Positions 14,023-33,760 of a stretch of DNA of 64,000 nt are shown in pieces. Location of the stretch: assembly GCF_009914755.1 (NCBI RefSeq), contig NC_060932.1; one strand, 5' to 3'. The notes beneath the pieces are model-generated. The model worked only from the letters and a program-made list of their open reading frames with translations. It was not told the origin of the DNA and made no database searches. Within the stretch, counting starts at the first letter, position 1. Every line of letters starts with the position of its first letter. Both the position numbers and the translations under genes were made by a program. The stretch comes from the human T2T-CHM13v2.0 reference genome, Homo sapiens.

Positions 14023-14460
14023 CAGGGGTCAGCAAACTATGATCCGCAAGTTAAATCCAGTCCACAGCCTGTTTTTGTACAGCTTGCACATTAAGGATTT
14101 TTGCTACTTTTTAAATGATTTTTACATAGAAAATGTTACATTTTTAAATGTAAATGTAAATTAAATGCAAATATAAACATTTACATTTTTAGATGTTTAA
14201 ATAAAAAAATCACAAGAAATGTAATTTTATAGCATGAAAATTATAGGAAATTCTATCATTAGCACTTGTAAATAAAGTTTTATTGGCACACAACTATGCT
14301 TGTTCATTTATGTATTGTCTACATAAGCTATAGTTGGTGTGTGCAGAGCTTTCACTCAATGATGGCACAGTTGAGTAGTTTCAACAGAGATGGGATGGCC
14401 CAGAAAACCAAAATATTTACTACTTGGCCCATTACAAAAAAATTTTGTGCTGATCCTTGG
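14023..14460 (+). mobile_element. MER58B (hAT-Charlie)
   Basis: caggggtcagcaaacta...aataaagttttattgg...tgctgatccttg termini. Confidence 0.8.
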
Positions 14461-15384
14461 TCTGTGAAACAGGAGCAATGATGAATACCTACCCATCGTG
14501 TGTGGGTAAAATGTTAAAGTGCTTGATATCAAGTGGGCACTCAAGAAAAGTTTTTCCTTCTACTCTCTATTCCTCCCTGTCTTCATTCCCTTTCACAGAG
14601 GGCTCTTTTATTTCAGGGTCCAAGCCATGAAAACCGTAGAAAAAGGATGACAGGGAGAATCTGAACCAGTGCCATGCCCATACCAGGCCTCAAAACAGCA
14701 GAGCTGTGTTTGTCATCTCCACCTTCCTGCTCCAGAGCCTCCCCAGACCTCTCAGTCTATGGGACTGTTGGTGGACAGGCAGAGTTTAAATCCATTGCGT
14801 CTTTTGCGTCTCGTGGTTCCAGATGTGGATGGGGCCAGCCCTGCATGACCAGCCCCGGAGAGCAACTTCTATTAGGTTTATCAGAGGCTGGACAGCGTCC
14901 ACTGCATCTTTTCTTGCTTTGGGCGTTTTAAAACTTGGGCTGCTGTTGCATAGGAGATTGCAGCTGCAGTTTGGCTTGGCTTAAGATAAGATGCAGCCTC
15001 TGGGCTGAAATTGAGGGTCCTGATTCTGCTTTGAGAGATGGTATGGCATCCTGAAAAGAACCGAGATTTGGAATCTGGGCTGGAATCCCAGCTGTGCCCC
15101 TCACAAGTTCTAGGATTCGTACCTTTTGCTTTTTCTGAAAAGTGGGGGTGATGCTTTTTCTTGGGGTGAGGGTGGGGTGTTGGCAGGGTTCTCCACCACG
15201 TAAGCTTGAGGGAGCAGGGTTTTGTCTTTTTCTGCACTGAAGCCCAGCTTCTAGAACAGTGCCTGGCTGCGGGTGAGCACTCGGCAAATACCTGCCTTAG
15301 AAAGGTGATTAAAAGATGTAGAGTTCCTGGCACACGATAGAATCTCATTAAGTGGTCACATTGCCATTGTCTGTACTCAACCAG

Positions 15385-15590
15385 GAATTGGCACACTATG
15401 GCCCACAGCCTGTTTTTGTAAATAAAGTTTTATTGGAACACAGCTATGCCCATTTCTTTACATATTGTCTGTGACTGCTTTCCTGCTATAGTGGGGGAGT
15501 GGAATCGTGAGACAGACCTGTGCCCTGCCGAGCCTAAAATATATATTGTCTGGCTCTTTACAGCAAAACTTTGTGGTTTCTGCTCTGAAT
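15385..15590 (+). mobile_element. MER58A
   Basis: cctgtttttgtaaataaagttttattggaacacagc...gcctaaaatat...ctttacag. Confidence 0.75.
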
Positions 15591-16388
15591 GTCAGGGTAA
15601 CCCTGTCTGAGGATGATCACGGATTTCATTTTCCCTTGTTTGTTAGCGTTGCGGTCAGCCGCAAGTTGAAAACAAGGAACCAGCTTGAGGTACGCATTCT
15701 CGATGCCCTTTCTAAGATACTTATGGAGACTTTTCTTTTCCACTCCAATTCTGCCATGCTCTTTCGGCATGGTCAGAGCTGGCTTCTCTGTGCCCTCCAG
15801 ATCTCATATGTAAGATGGTGTTACTTTCATTTCTTTGTAAAAAGAAACTCAACCCACCTGTCAATTGCTGGTATATTCATTAGGGATTAACCATGGGTCC
15901 TGCAACAAGTAGGCTCAGAGCACAGAGGACATGAGTCAAAATAAAAAAAGATAACCAACCAGGTACAACTGTGCTTTGTAATATTATAGAATAGAATGCT
16001 GATGGGGTTCAGGAAGGAGTCCACTGTGTTTGTGGGGCACAGGATACATAAGATTCTGATTTACTTTTCCATCATGGTGAATGGCATGATCTTAGACACC
16101 TTAGTTAGCTTTATTCAAACTCAGTTTTTCAATCTGTAAAATGGCAATGTTCACTATATGTTGTCACTCTCTTTGATGGGCAGGGCCCACAGTTAGGAGC
16201 CTCTCGAGGCCTTGGTATCTAGAATGGTGAAGGAGAGCTTTCTGGAATGAGTGAACATGTGTCAAATGCTCTGACGTCCTCATTTGAAGGGGGCCCTGTC
16301 CCCTGTACCAGCTGAGCAATGCAAGTGGGCCACTGTCCTGCTACCATTTTATAGTCAGCGGATCTTTTTTTTTTCTCTTTCTCTCCAG

Positions 16389-16497
16389 AAGGACAGAATA
16401 ACGGGCTCCCAGATTCACAAGCCCCACCAAGAGGATCACCCCAGGAATGCTTGGAGGCTGAGGAGTTCACTGAGGCTACTGCATCTTGAGACTCAGG

Positions 16498-16525
<28 letters not shown>
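16389..16525 (+). ncRNA. PVT1: PVT1 internal exon (137 nt)
   Basis: Long polypyrimidine tract ending ctctccAG at 16388; donor AAAG|gtgcga at 16525/16526; sequence recalled from PVT1 cDNA. Confidence 0.88.
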
Positions 16526-20853
<4,328 letters not shown>

Positions 20854-20870
<17 letters not shown>

Positions 20871-21127
20871 CACCCATGACTCCACCTGGACCTTATGGCT
20901 CCACCCAGAAGCAATTCAGCCCAACAGGAGGACAGCTTCAACCCATTACGATTTCATCTCTGCCCCAACCACTCAGCAGCAAGCACCTGTTACCTGTCCA
21001 CCCCCACCCCTTCCCCCAAACTGCCTTTGAAAAATCCCTAACCTATGAGCTTTGAATAAGATGAGTACGAACTTCATCGCCCATGTGGCGTGGCCGGCCT
21101 CGTGTCTATTAAATTCTTTTTCTACTA
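20854..21127 (+). ncRNA. PVT1: PVT1 terminal exon ('exon 9'), LTR-derived
   Basis: Acceptor atatctttccAG|GTTTTTTGC; ATTAAA at 21108-21113; 3' end approximate. Confidence 0.88.
21108..21113 (+). terminator. Polyadenylation signal ATTAAA of PVT1, provided by the LTR
   Basis: ATTAAA ~15 nt before the recalled cDNA end, at the position of the LTR poly(A) signal. Confidence 0.75.
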
Positions 21128-21399
21128 CAATGCCATGGTCTTTCTTTATGCAGTGGGCAGGAATAACCCCTTGGGCAGTAACAAATTTGGGGTCTCATGT
21201 GGGATTGTGCTGGTGGCTACCTGTGTATGATTCGGTAGCCCCCCACTGGCAACAGGCCTGGAGGCCAGCTCAAACGGCTGCCTAGTTCTCCTGGCAGAGA
21301 GATGGGGGCTGACTCTGGCACCATCTCTACCGGCGGGACACTGCTGACCATGGTGCATGGATGCAGTGGGCAGGAAGAATCTCTTGGGCAGTTATGCTA

Positions 21400-22140
21400 T
21401 CTATCCAGTCCATCTGTCAAATGTATCCAGACTATGACCTCCTCTCACTTCTTGGTCGAAGCCACCCTCATTCCTGCCTGGAATTTTTGTAACAGCCCCT
21501 GGGCTGGTCTCCCAGCTTGTGCCTTTGCCTCTCAGTCTGTCTTCAAAACAGCAGCCAGGGTGATCCTTTGAAAGGGCAGCCAGAGCTCATAAGCCCATTT
21601 GCTTCAAAACCCTCAAAGGGTTCCACCTAATTCTAAGTAAAAGCCACAGGCCTCACTGTGGCCTGCGAGGCCCGTGGGATGCAGCCCTGTGATGTCTCTG
21701 ATCACGTCCTCGTCCTTTCCATCTCATTTCGCCCTGGCATCCTGGCCCCTTTGTCATAACTCAGACCCTCCAGGCATACTTCTGCCTCAGGTTCTCTGCA
21801 CCTGCTGTGTCCTCTCTAGCCTATTTGTCCACTTCCTCATCCCTTCTCAGTCTTTGCTCAGGTATCATCATTTCCATGAGGCCTTCCCTGGCCACCAGAT
21901 TTAACACTGAAACTTCCCCACATCCCACGAAGCTCACTATGCTCTTTGCTGGTTTTATTTTCCTCCATTGTTCTTGGTGTCTCCTAATGGATTCTACAAT
22001 TAATTGTTTGAGTTGATTTATTAGTTTCTCTTACTCCCCTGGAATATAAACTTCAGGAAGGCAGTGATTTTTGTCTTATCTCTTTCCAAGAAAAGTATCT
22101 GTGACATGGTAGGCACTCCATAAGTATTTGTAAAACAAAT
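21400..22140 (+). mobile_element. L2 LINE fragment (host of the LTR insertion)
   Basis: gcagccagggtgatcctt; ggtaggcactccataagtatttgt. Confidence 0.65.
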
Positions 22141-22729
22141 AATTGGACTTCCTTATACCAAAGACAGTCTGCACAGAAAACAAATCTTTACTTCAAGCAC
22201 AAACCTTTTGATATACATATATATGTCCAAGTTTTCCTTTTTTTTTTTTTTTTTTTTTTTCAGAGAAGGGCCCTTTCTGGTTTCCCCTGCTGCCCATCAG
22301 GATGCACTCAGGCAGCAACTGTACAGTAAAAGGGGACACCTTTAGCCTCTGGTTTCCCAGAGCAGAAAGCTGTCAACACCATAAGCTATTTTTGCCTCAC
22401 CTCTGGTGCTCCGGAGTGGCAGGCCAGTCACAGGTGTGGTGCATCAGACTATGAAGAGGCTGGGTGGCCACAACTCTGTGCTGGGATGCTGACCTCTTTG
22501 AGGCAAACAGCATGAGCTGGAAAAAGTGTGTCTATCTCAGAGTTAAAAACTGGTGAATTCCCCTGTTGCTCTTTACCATCTCCTGGGTCCGTATGATCTG
22601 ACTGCCACCCACTTTCCCCTTTCCTCACTGGGCTCCAGACACACTGGCTTCCTTCCTTCCTGAAGCCTCCATCTGCTGCCGAGCTCAGGGCTTTGTTAGA
22701 CGCTCACCCTGCCTGTGTTGCTTCCTGCA

Positions 22730-23171
22730 GTGTGCTGAATTGTGTCTCCCAAAAGATATGCTGAAGTTCGGACTTCCAGAACCTGTGAATGTGACCTTAT
22801 GTATAATAGAAATAGGGTCTTCGCAGATGCAATCAAGTTCAAATAAGGTCACTCTGGATGACGGTGGCCCCTAATCCACTGGCTGGTGTCCTGAGGACAG
22901 AGACACACAGTGGGGAGGCCTTGAGAAGATGGAGGTAAAGGTGGGAATGATGCATCTACAAGCCAAGGAGCACCAAGGATTGCTGGCAACCACCAGACAC
23001 TAGGAAGAGGCAAGGAAAGGTTCTTCCCTACAGCTTTCAGAGGGAGCACAGTCCTGCTGACACCTTGATTTCAGACTGCTAGTCTTCAGAGCTGTGGAAA
23101 AATACTTTTCTGTTATTTTAAGCTCCCCAATTTATAATATTCTGTTATGGCAGCCCCAGGAGATGAATACA
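22730..23171 (+). mobile_element. MLT1C-like MaLR LTR
   Basis: gtgaatgtgacctta...aaatagggtctt...caagccaagga...ggcagccccaggagatgaataca. Confidence 0.85.
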
Positions 23172-23959
23172 TTTCTTTCTCCTCCTTCGTTTCATACCTC
23201 TAGTGCCATCTCCTTGAAGAGTCGTTCTTTAACTCCCAGTCATTACTAGGTTCCCAAGTTCTACACCTTTAGCTCTGCAGCCTATTCCCACGGGAGATTC
23301 TCTTTTGGTAGCCTCCCCCGACACAGTGTAAGCCCCTTTGTGTCCAGGTTGCTCACTATGGGTCCTCAGTCTCTGAGAGCGTCTTCAGCACACATTGCGT
23401 GAGCAATCAATTTTTGTTGAATGAATGCATTGCAATCTGGAGTGAGCATAAGATCCCAGTCAGAAGATTGCCCTGGGTGCTTCCCCTAGAAATCCTCAAA
23501 GTACAATTATTCAGATTGAGTCACTCAGCCCATGGTACCCTACAGTTGCAGATGACACAAGAAACATGAGAACCTCTGAGGACTTTCCAAGCTGGGGCCT
23601 GTTCTTACTGTTTAGCATGAAATGTGTTTTCCTGCTAAGAACATGAACCAGAAATGAGTTTTACCGAGTGGTTAGCAAGACCTTAAATAGAAAGGAAACT
23701 CCAAAAAATGTAACTTCTCTCACACTTAAGCCTCCTTTTCAACTTCCCTTTCCTGCTTCCCATCACTAGAACCTCCAGATCTTATTTCCTGGGTGATGAT
23801 GAATGGTGGGCCCTATTTCAGACCTCCCCAAATTCTGCTGAACTTCCTCTCTTTGGGTTTTAGACAGAGAGGTATGGTAAGTGCCTCTAGAACTGACATC
23901 TCCTGTGAGACCCTTCTCTTACATGCTATGTAGGTTTGGCTGCTGATGGATTCAGAATG

Positions 23960-24200
23960 GTTTTTATTGAGCACCTACTAAGTGCTAGCTTTTACACTAC
24001 GCATTTTGACACTCTGTAACTTCTTTTTCATTTAATCTGTTCCAGAAACTTATGTTCACTATGATGTGATCTTGCTTTTGATCCATTTTACTGATGAGGA
24101 AATTCAAGCTCAGAGAGGTCAAGTAATTTGCCTAAGGTCACACAGTTAATAAATGGTAAAGCCATTTTCAATTCTACATCTGCCTGACTACAAAGTTGGT
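23960..24200 (-). mobile_element. MIR SINE
   Basis: ttttactgatgaggaaattcaagctcagagaggtcaagtaatttgcctaaggtcacacag. Confidence 0.75.
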
Positions 24201-26666
24201 GGTTTTCCTTTCCTAAATGTTACAACTAAAAACCCACTCTAGCTCAAAATGGCAATGGGCTTTATTGTAAGGATTTGGGCTGTGCCTGGGACTGTCTGGT
24301 GGTTATCCAGCAGCCTCTTAGGAGGAGTTGGCCTGTTGGATTTATGGACTTGGGACCCTTGGTATGTGCTCAGCACATGCCACAGACCTGGCAAGCATGC
24401 TGGCCTGGGGTCATCTGCTCTTGGGGCTGTGTTTTCTGATTAAGGGACATTAGGCTAGCCACTTCCCACATCCAGCTTCAGTTTCCCCAACTATAAAATT
24501 AAGACATAGATATGCTTTCCACGCTGCCATCCTGCCCTGATAATCAGATTTTAGTATCCCAGGGCTATAACGCCCCATTCTTCCATACCCCTCAAACTCC
24601 TGCCTTTCTATCCTATCTGGAACTGTGGCTTACATAAAAACTCCCAAGGCATCCATGCAGGTCCCTTCTGTCAGAGGCTCCAGCTTCTCCATCCCTTTCC
24701 TCCCCTCAGTCGACATCCTCTCCTCTCCTGGAGTTAGTCCTGCTGGGGGACCTTGGGCAAGTTCCTTCACCTCTTTGAGCTTCCGTATCCTTCTCTTTAA
24801 TGATCTCGAATGTAACAACCCCACCTCATAGCCTCATTATGAGAGCTAGATGAAATGAAACAATAACCACTGTTTACCTTTCAGGCACCTGGCAGAAGTG
24901 CACGCTCTGGAGCTGAGTGGATGGGTGCAAATCTTGGCCATGCTGCTCCTCCACACCCAAGCGGTTTGGGCCTGGACTAGTTGCCTGATGCTCCACACCT
25001 CCACATGCTCTCTTGTCAGGCAGAAACAGTAACAGCAACCCCCCACGCCTGTTATGAGAGTTAAGTGAGTTGATATTTCTAAAACACATCAGTGTGGGGC
25101 ATTAGGCTAGCCCCTAATGCCACTCATGCCAACAAGTGCTGTAGAAGAGTTAGCCATTATTCTTAGGTCAGCTAATTATCCAATCAGCCTGACAAAGGAG
25201 GTACTGTTATTAGCCCCATTTTATAAACAGGAAAGATCAGTAACTTGGCCAAGGGCAGAGGGGCAGGCCTTGAGCCCAGACAGATAAGACATTCCAGGGG
25301 GAGGCTCCTCACCTTCAGTTACACTGACTGCTGGATATAAGGGGGCTCCCCACTTGGAGCTTAAAGGTTTGCAATAGCCACCTTGAAATTCTTGAAAATC
25401 TTAATCACTTTATGTTTGAGTTTGTGTTTTGTAAGTGAAGTTCTGCTTCTGCCACCTCCCCCTTTCCCCAAATGTGCCCAAGACTGAAGAGGGTCAGAGT
25501 CAATCCCATAATTGTGCCATGGGGCAGGGCTGTGGAGGTCTTCAAGGGGCTGTATTCACCCTACAAGTATTCCTGTGCCCAAAAGAGTATGACATTAAAT
25601 AGCAGATAAAAACAAAACAAAACACACCAGGACGGAGATCTCAGAATAAAGAAAAAAGCTTTTTTTTTTCCTGTTTGAACAAGCATTTTCATTCTGCACC
25701 AGGCCTTGCTAATAAGGTAGCCAGATCTGGGTGCATAGCATGTCACGGGCGGGAATGAAATGATAGTACTCTTTCGCTTCAAAAAAAAAAAAACCCCAAA
25801 ATACTTGTTCCAAGTTTAGTAACTGAGTGCAGTTTGTTCTGACTTTTGATTCACAGGTAGAGACAAAGTCTTTAGCTGAAAGGTAATAGTTTTGCCACCT
25901 TCTACAAATATAGATATATTTTTTCCCTAAAGCCTCCTGAGTCCTTTTTAAGATTTGCATCCAAAATATGGGCCCTTTGCCACCGACATTCCTGTTTGGT
26001 AGTGGATGAGAGGGCAATCTTATTTTTTTCTTCTTCTGTTGTTATAATCCTCAGATGCAGAGTGTTCTCTTTAAAAGACGCTTTTAAAGGGCAATTACTT
26101 TATGCAAATGTGGGCATCTCTGGATGGCTGGCAAGGCTGGAGTCAGGCCGTGGAAGCCTGGAAAGTGGACTGCGCGGGCTGGGCAGGGGACCAGGAGGGA
26201 GGCCCTGCTTGCCGGTATCAGCAACTTTCTTCTGCTGCCCCCTGGACCTCTGGGAGAAGACTCAGCAGCCACAGCCAGAGTAATGGGAAGATCACAGCCG
26301 CATAGGGCTGTGAATCAGGGAGGACACCTCATCTGGTTTATCTCATGTGAAATAGATGAGGCTCCTTGAGATCTGAGCAAGCAGCCACTCGAAGCCAATC
26401 ATGGGCGCCACTGCAGACCTGTGTCCAATGAGAGATCTCAGTTAAAGTAGAATAGACCACGCTTCTGTGTCTCCTGCTTCAGTGTAGGCCACAGCACAGC
26501 AGAGGGTGGAACATTCCAGGAAAGAGTTAAGGATGCAGGAGAAACCCCCTAAGGGAGGCCAGTATGAGAAAAGGTGGCCTGGGATTGTATGGTGGGGGAG
26601 AGGCAGCTGGGCTCCAGATCCTTTTCTTACCCTTGGAGCCTATGCAGTCTTCAAGAGGCCACTGCT

Positions 26667-26992
26667 GGCCGGGCGCGGCGGTTCACACCTGTAATCCCAG
26701 CACTTTGGGAGGCCGAGGCGGGCAGATCACGATGTCAAGAGAGGGAGACCATCCTGGCCAACATGGTGAAATCCCGTCTCTACTAAAAATACAAAAATTA
26801 GCTGGGCACGGTGGTGCGTGCCTGTAGTCCCAGGTACTTGGGAGGCTAAGGCGGGAGAATCTCTTGAAGCAGGATAATCGCTTGAACCCGGGGGCGGAGG
26901 TTGCAGTGAGCCGAGATCGCGTCACCGCATTCCAGCCTGGACAACGAAGCGAGACTCCTTCTGAAAAAAAAAAAAAAGAAGAAGAAAAAAAA
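26667..26992 (+). mobile_element. AluSc-like with a small internal tandem duplication
   Basis: gatcacgatgtcaagag diagnostic; TSD ggccactgct; duplicated gc(g/a)gga(g/t)aatc(t/g)cttgaa. Confidence 0.92.
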
Positions 26993-27489
26993 GGGGGGCC
27001 ACTGCTCCAGTGGCTAGGCCCAATCTCATTTCCAAAGCTGCTTCAGGCATCTGTGAAACCCCCAGATGGAGCAGCCCGGGCTGTGGACACTCTGCCGCAT
27101 CCATGCCTCCTTGTTGCTTAGTGAGCCTGTTCTCATTACTCCCCCAGCGCCACCCTCTGCATTTGCTCCACTCCTCCTAGAGATGCATCTTTCATTTTTG
27201 CATCACTAAATGCACTTCTTCTGTTTCTCTGTTTACCGGAGAAAAAAATAGGAAGCGTGGGAGGCAGGGCACAACAGTCTTCGCCTCGGGTTCGTTGGGT
27301 AAGTTTCGCCCATTCTCCAAGAGGGGACCTGACTAGGGAGGCTCACGGTTCAGATCGGTGCTCCAAATTCCCAACATACAACTGAGTCATTTTTACTTGT
27401 TTCTACAATTTGTTAATAGTAGCTGGCCTTTGCTGAGTTCCATCTATGAGCTTGGCCCCCTTGCTAATCTCTCTACTACATACAATACC

Positions 27490-28730
<1,241 letters not shown>

Positions 28731-29864
28731 CACTGTCTCTTTTAATCCTCCCAGCAACTTGATGAAGTAGATGTTACTATCCTCTTCTTTATTTCCTAGA
28801 AGCCAAAACTGAAGCACAGAAAGTTTAAGTGAAATGTTCAGAATCACACAGCTACTCAGTATGGCAGTGAGAGTGTGGGCCTACTGCAGTGTGACTCAGA
28901 GCATTGATGTCCAGAAAATCCCAGGAAGCTTCTTTCCACACACGAAGCCTTGTATCTCCCTGGCAGTCTGGAGGCATGTGGCCCTCGAGCCAGTGCTGGG
29001 CTGGGTTATTTCGGTTCACACTCTCGCCCTCTGCCTTGCACATACCAGACCATCCTGGGAAGTAGGCGGCTCCCACAACCCGGTTGGGAGCGTGGTCTTC
29101 TGGGGAGGATGCCACACAGCTTTGAGTTGCTCTGATGAAAGACAAACTGCGGGGATTCTTATGGGCCTCCGAGGACGCTGACAGTATTACCTCATGCCAG
29201 GAATAACAATGAGGGGCCTAGGCGAGCTCGCCGCCAGCCCTTCTCTGGGAGGCACCGCTGGAGGAAACCAGCCAGGAGATGGGAGGACGGGGCTGGGATA
29301 TTTAGTCCACAGCTGTCTCAAAGGAGAACTATTGGGTGCCTCAGGGACTTCCCTCTTTCTTTCTCCTTTCTGAGCAGGTGAAAGGGTCCCTGCGGCAGTC
29401 AGAGCGAAAGGCTAGGAGGTTTTGTGAGAGTAAGAACAATGGCAACTCCAGCCCTCAAAATGCTAGTTGGAAGAGCGAGCCTCTCTGAGCACTCGCTGTG
29501 TGCCAGGCACCGCGTCCACACTTTGCAGCCCCACTTGATGCAAGACTCTGTGTAGTGGCTTTGCATTTACTCCCTCAATCCTCGTCACACCCCCATGAGA
29601 CACGCACTATTAAAATGCCTACAGGAGGAAACTGAGGTCCAGAGAGGTGAAGTAATTTGCCTAACGTCACTTATTTATAAGTGGTTGAAGTTTGAATAGG
29701 GGTTTAGCTAATTCTAAAGCCCAGTAGCTTTACTGCTACGCACTTCTGCCATTCTGTTAAAAAACTTTGTCAAATTTCAAGTTTGTGTCATGCACTACAC
29801 ATGAGGTGTCTTGGTCAGTGGAATATAAGATTGAACAAGACCTGACTCTTCTTTGGGCACTGTG

Positions 29865-30160
29865 TGGGTTGGATGGTGGACCCCCAAAAGAAATGTCTAC
29901 ATCTCAGAACCTGTGAATATCATCTCACTTGGAAAAAAATATTTTTGCATATATAATTAAGGATCCTGAGATGAGATCATCCTGGATTCTTTGGGTGACC
30001 CTAAATCTAGTGACAAGTATTTTTATAAGAGACAGAAGAGAAGGTCATTTAAAAAGGAAACAGAGATTGGAGTGATGTAGCCACAAGCCAAGGAACACCT
30101 GAGGCCTCCAGAAGCTGGAAGAGGCAAATAATTCTCCCCTGGGACATTTAAAAGGAGCTT
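29865..30160 (+). mobile_element. MLT1B/C MaLR LTR fragment
   Basis: gagatgagatcatcctggatt; cacaagccaaggaacacc...cagaagctggaagaggca. Confidence 0.75.
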
Positions 30161-30326
30161 AGCTTAATATATTACATTCATTAGAAGTGAGTCCCTAGGT
30201 CCAGTCCACCTGCAACTGGAGTACATTACACAAAAGCTTGAATACCGGGAGGCAGGAATCAGTGGGGGCATCTTACAAGCTGTCTAGCACAGTGCCAAGA
30301 GGCAGGGATCACACCTTCTTTTGCTT

Positions 30327-30628
30327 TTTAAATTTCTTTTTTAATTTTTTCGAGAATGTGTCTTGCTCTGTCACCCAGTCTGGAGTGCAGTGGCGCAATC
30401 TTGGCTCACTGCAACCTCTGCCTCCTGGGTTCAAGTGATTCTCCAGCCTCGGCCTCCTGAGTAGCTGAGATTACAGGCACACACCAACACGCCCAGCTAA
30501 TTTTTGTATTTTTTAATAGAGATGGGGTTTCCCCATGCTGGCCAGGCTGGTCTTGAACTCTCGACCTCAGATAATCCGCCTACTTTGGCCTCCCAAAGTG
30601 CTGGGATTAGAGGTATGAGTCTGACCCC
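30327..30628 (-). mobile_element. AluS
   Basis: Alu dimer, reverse orientation. Confidence 0.92.
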
Positions 30629-30928
30629 ACCTTCTATTTTTCTGGCAATCCCCATCCCCACCTTCTGTTTTTCTGGCAGTCCCTGGCCCCTAACTGAAAG
30701 AAAAAGAACTAACATTTAACATTTTTATTTATTAAGAAATAATAGCATTTATTATGCATTGACTGTGTATCAACAACCATGCCAGACTCCTTAAACACAT
30801 CGTTTCATGCAGTATCACTTGACCCTCCTATGAACCCTGAAAAGGGAGGTGTTCTTACCTCCATTTGACAGAGGAGGAAACCAAGGCTCAAAAAGATGAA
30901 GGCCACACAGTAGCCTCTCAGAGGAAGC

Positions 30929-31414
<486 letters not shown>

Positions 31415-33387
31415 GAGAATCAATATATTTTGCAGCAACAGACAAACCCTAAAGTTTCAATGGATTAACATATCAAATGCATTTCTTGCTTAAGTTGCAG
31501 TCTTACTGGGGTAGGGCAGCCCTCCTTCATGCTATAGCCCCTATCATTTGGAGCATATGGTCCCCAAAGTCACCATGGAAGGAAAAAGAGAGGGCAGAGG
31601 GTCACTTAGGATGTTCAAAAAAGGCTAGGCCTAGAAGAGGAGGCTTTTATGCCTTTTGCTTAGCCTTCATGGGCCAAGACTCAGCCCCATGGCCTCAAAC
31701 TAACTGCAAAAGAGGCTGGGAAATGTAGTCTTCCCCAGGAGGAGCAAATGGTTAAGATGAGCACACAGCTGGTCAGGGCAGGGCTGGGATTTGTGCTCAG
31801 GTGCTTTCTCTCTTTCTTCTCTTGCCTTTTTCCTGGTCCAGGTGTTTTTGGTGGGCTTTCTTAGTGTTAAGGAACTTCTGTATGTGTGTGTGTGAAACTG
31901 AAAAAAGAGAAGAGGAAAGAGACATTTTCGAGGTCCTTCAGCCCACTCTCTTGCCAGCAGCCTTCACCCATCTTCACTTCATCTTAGAGGTGCAGGTGAC
32001 AGTTGATAAGTACCTTGAAAGGCCTCCATGTGTGTGCAGGGCATTCTTTCGTAAGTTTCATCTGTACCATGTTAAGTGATTCAGGGCCACTATCTCTGAA
32101 TTTGAAGAACCCTCAAGCTACTGGTTCTCCAGGACCTAAACCCTGGACTCCAGGCCACAGACAAGCTCTGAGTGAAAAATGAATCCTTCTTGCCGCTCCT
32201 CCCCTATGCTTCACATTGCTCCAAACCTACCTGCCTCCAACACGTGGTGCAGTTTCTACCTTCCCTTCCTTTGCATATACTGTGACATCTGCCCGATATC
32301 TTTCTCTTCCCTCCAGACTTGACTCAGATGATACCAGCTCTATGAAGCCTTCATCAATCTGTCAAAGAAATATTCAACTTACCCTCATTCTGGGTCAGAG
32401 GCACAGGCATGCTTCTTTGTCTAACCTATGGTCTAGCACTTGTCAAGGCCTGTGTAGACTTTGCACTTGCCTGCCTCTCCTTAGAGAACGTGAGATGTTC
32501 TTGAGCCAAAACTGTGTAGCATCTTTTCTTGGCCTCTTAATTTCTGACAAGACTGAGTCTAGAAGCCTTCCTGTGATGTGCAAAGCCCTCCTCAAGATCC
32601 ACAGGTAAAGAAGGAAGTCTCTGGCATTAGTTTGAATCCCAGCTGAGCCACTTGTGGGCTGTGTGACCAAGGGGAAATTCTTAGTCTCATGAATGCCTCA
32701 GTTTTCTCATCTGTAAAATGGAGGTAGTAATGTTGTGTATGTTCAATGAAATAATGCACCTAAAGCCCTTTGAACAGTGCATGGAAAAAACTCAGGAAGT
32801 GCCAGCCATCACTGTGTTCTTATCATTGCTCTTGTTAGTATCTTGCTACTTTAGCCCACACCAGCCACATCAGATCACTTACTCGCTGACAATTTTGATG
32901 ATCTTGCATGCTCCTTTGCTTTTGCACTTAATCTCTTCTGCTCAGAGGTCCCTGTCTCTCACCTATTAATGAATTAATTCATACTTATTCTTTCATTTAT
33001 TTAACAAACTTTTTCCTTAACTCATTCCTGCTCATCCTGTAGACTCGTCTTGGCCCTTCCTGTCCATTCCCATTGGATTTACCACTCCTGTTTTGACTTA
33101 TGTTTACTTTTCTGTATCTCCGTGAACAACTTGAAAGCAGAAAAAAAGATGCTCATTTCCTACTGGATTTACTGCTCTGAAGCCAGTTCCTAATATCTTG
33201 ATTGTCACATAGCGGGAGCTTAATGAACATTTGCTGAATGAATATATGAACGTTTCTCATCTCTGAATCTGTTCCCAAAGCTTAGTGCATTGTAGGTGCT
33301 TACCCAGGACTCTTTCTCTTGCAGGAAACCAGATCACTCTGGATGCATATCATCTAAAGGCCCTAGTTGTGGGAGGGCTACTTTTAA

Positions 33388-33760
<373 letters not shown>

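Noticed and set aside
25096-25119. Small hairpin GGCATTAGG-n6-CCTAATGCC
   Set aside because: A 9-bp stem within a MIR remnant; chance or local template switch
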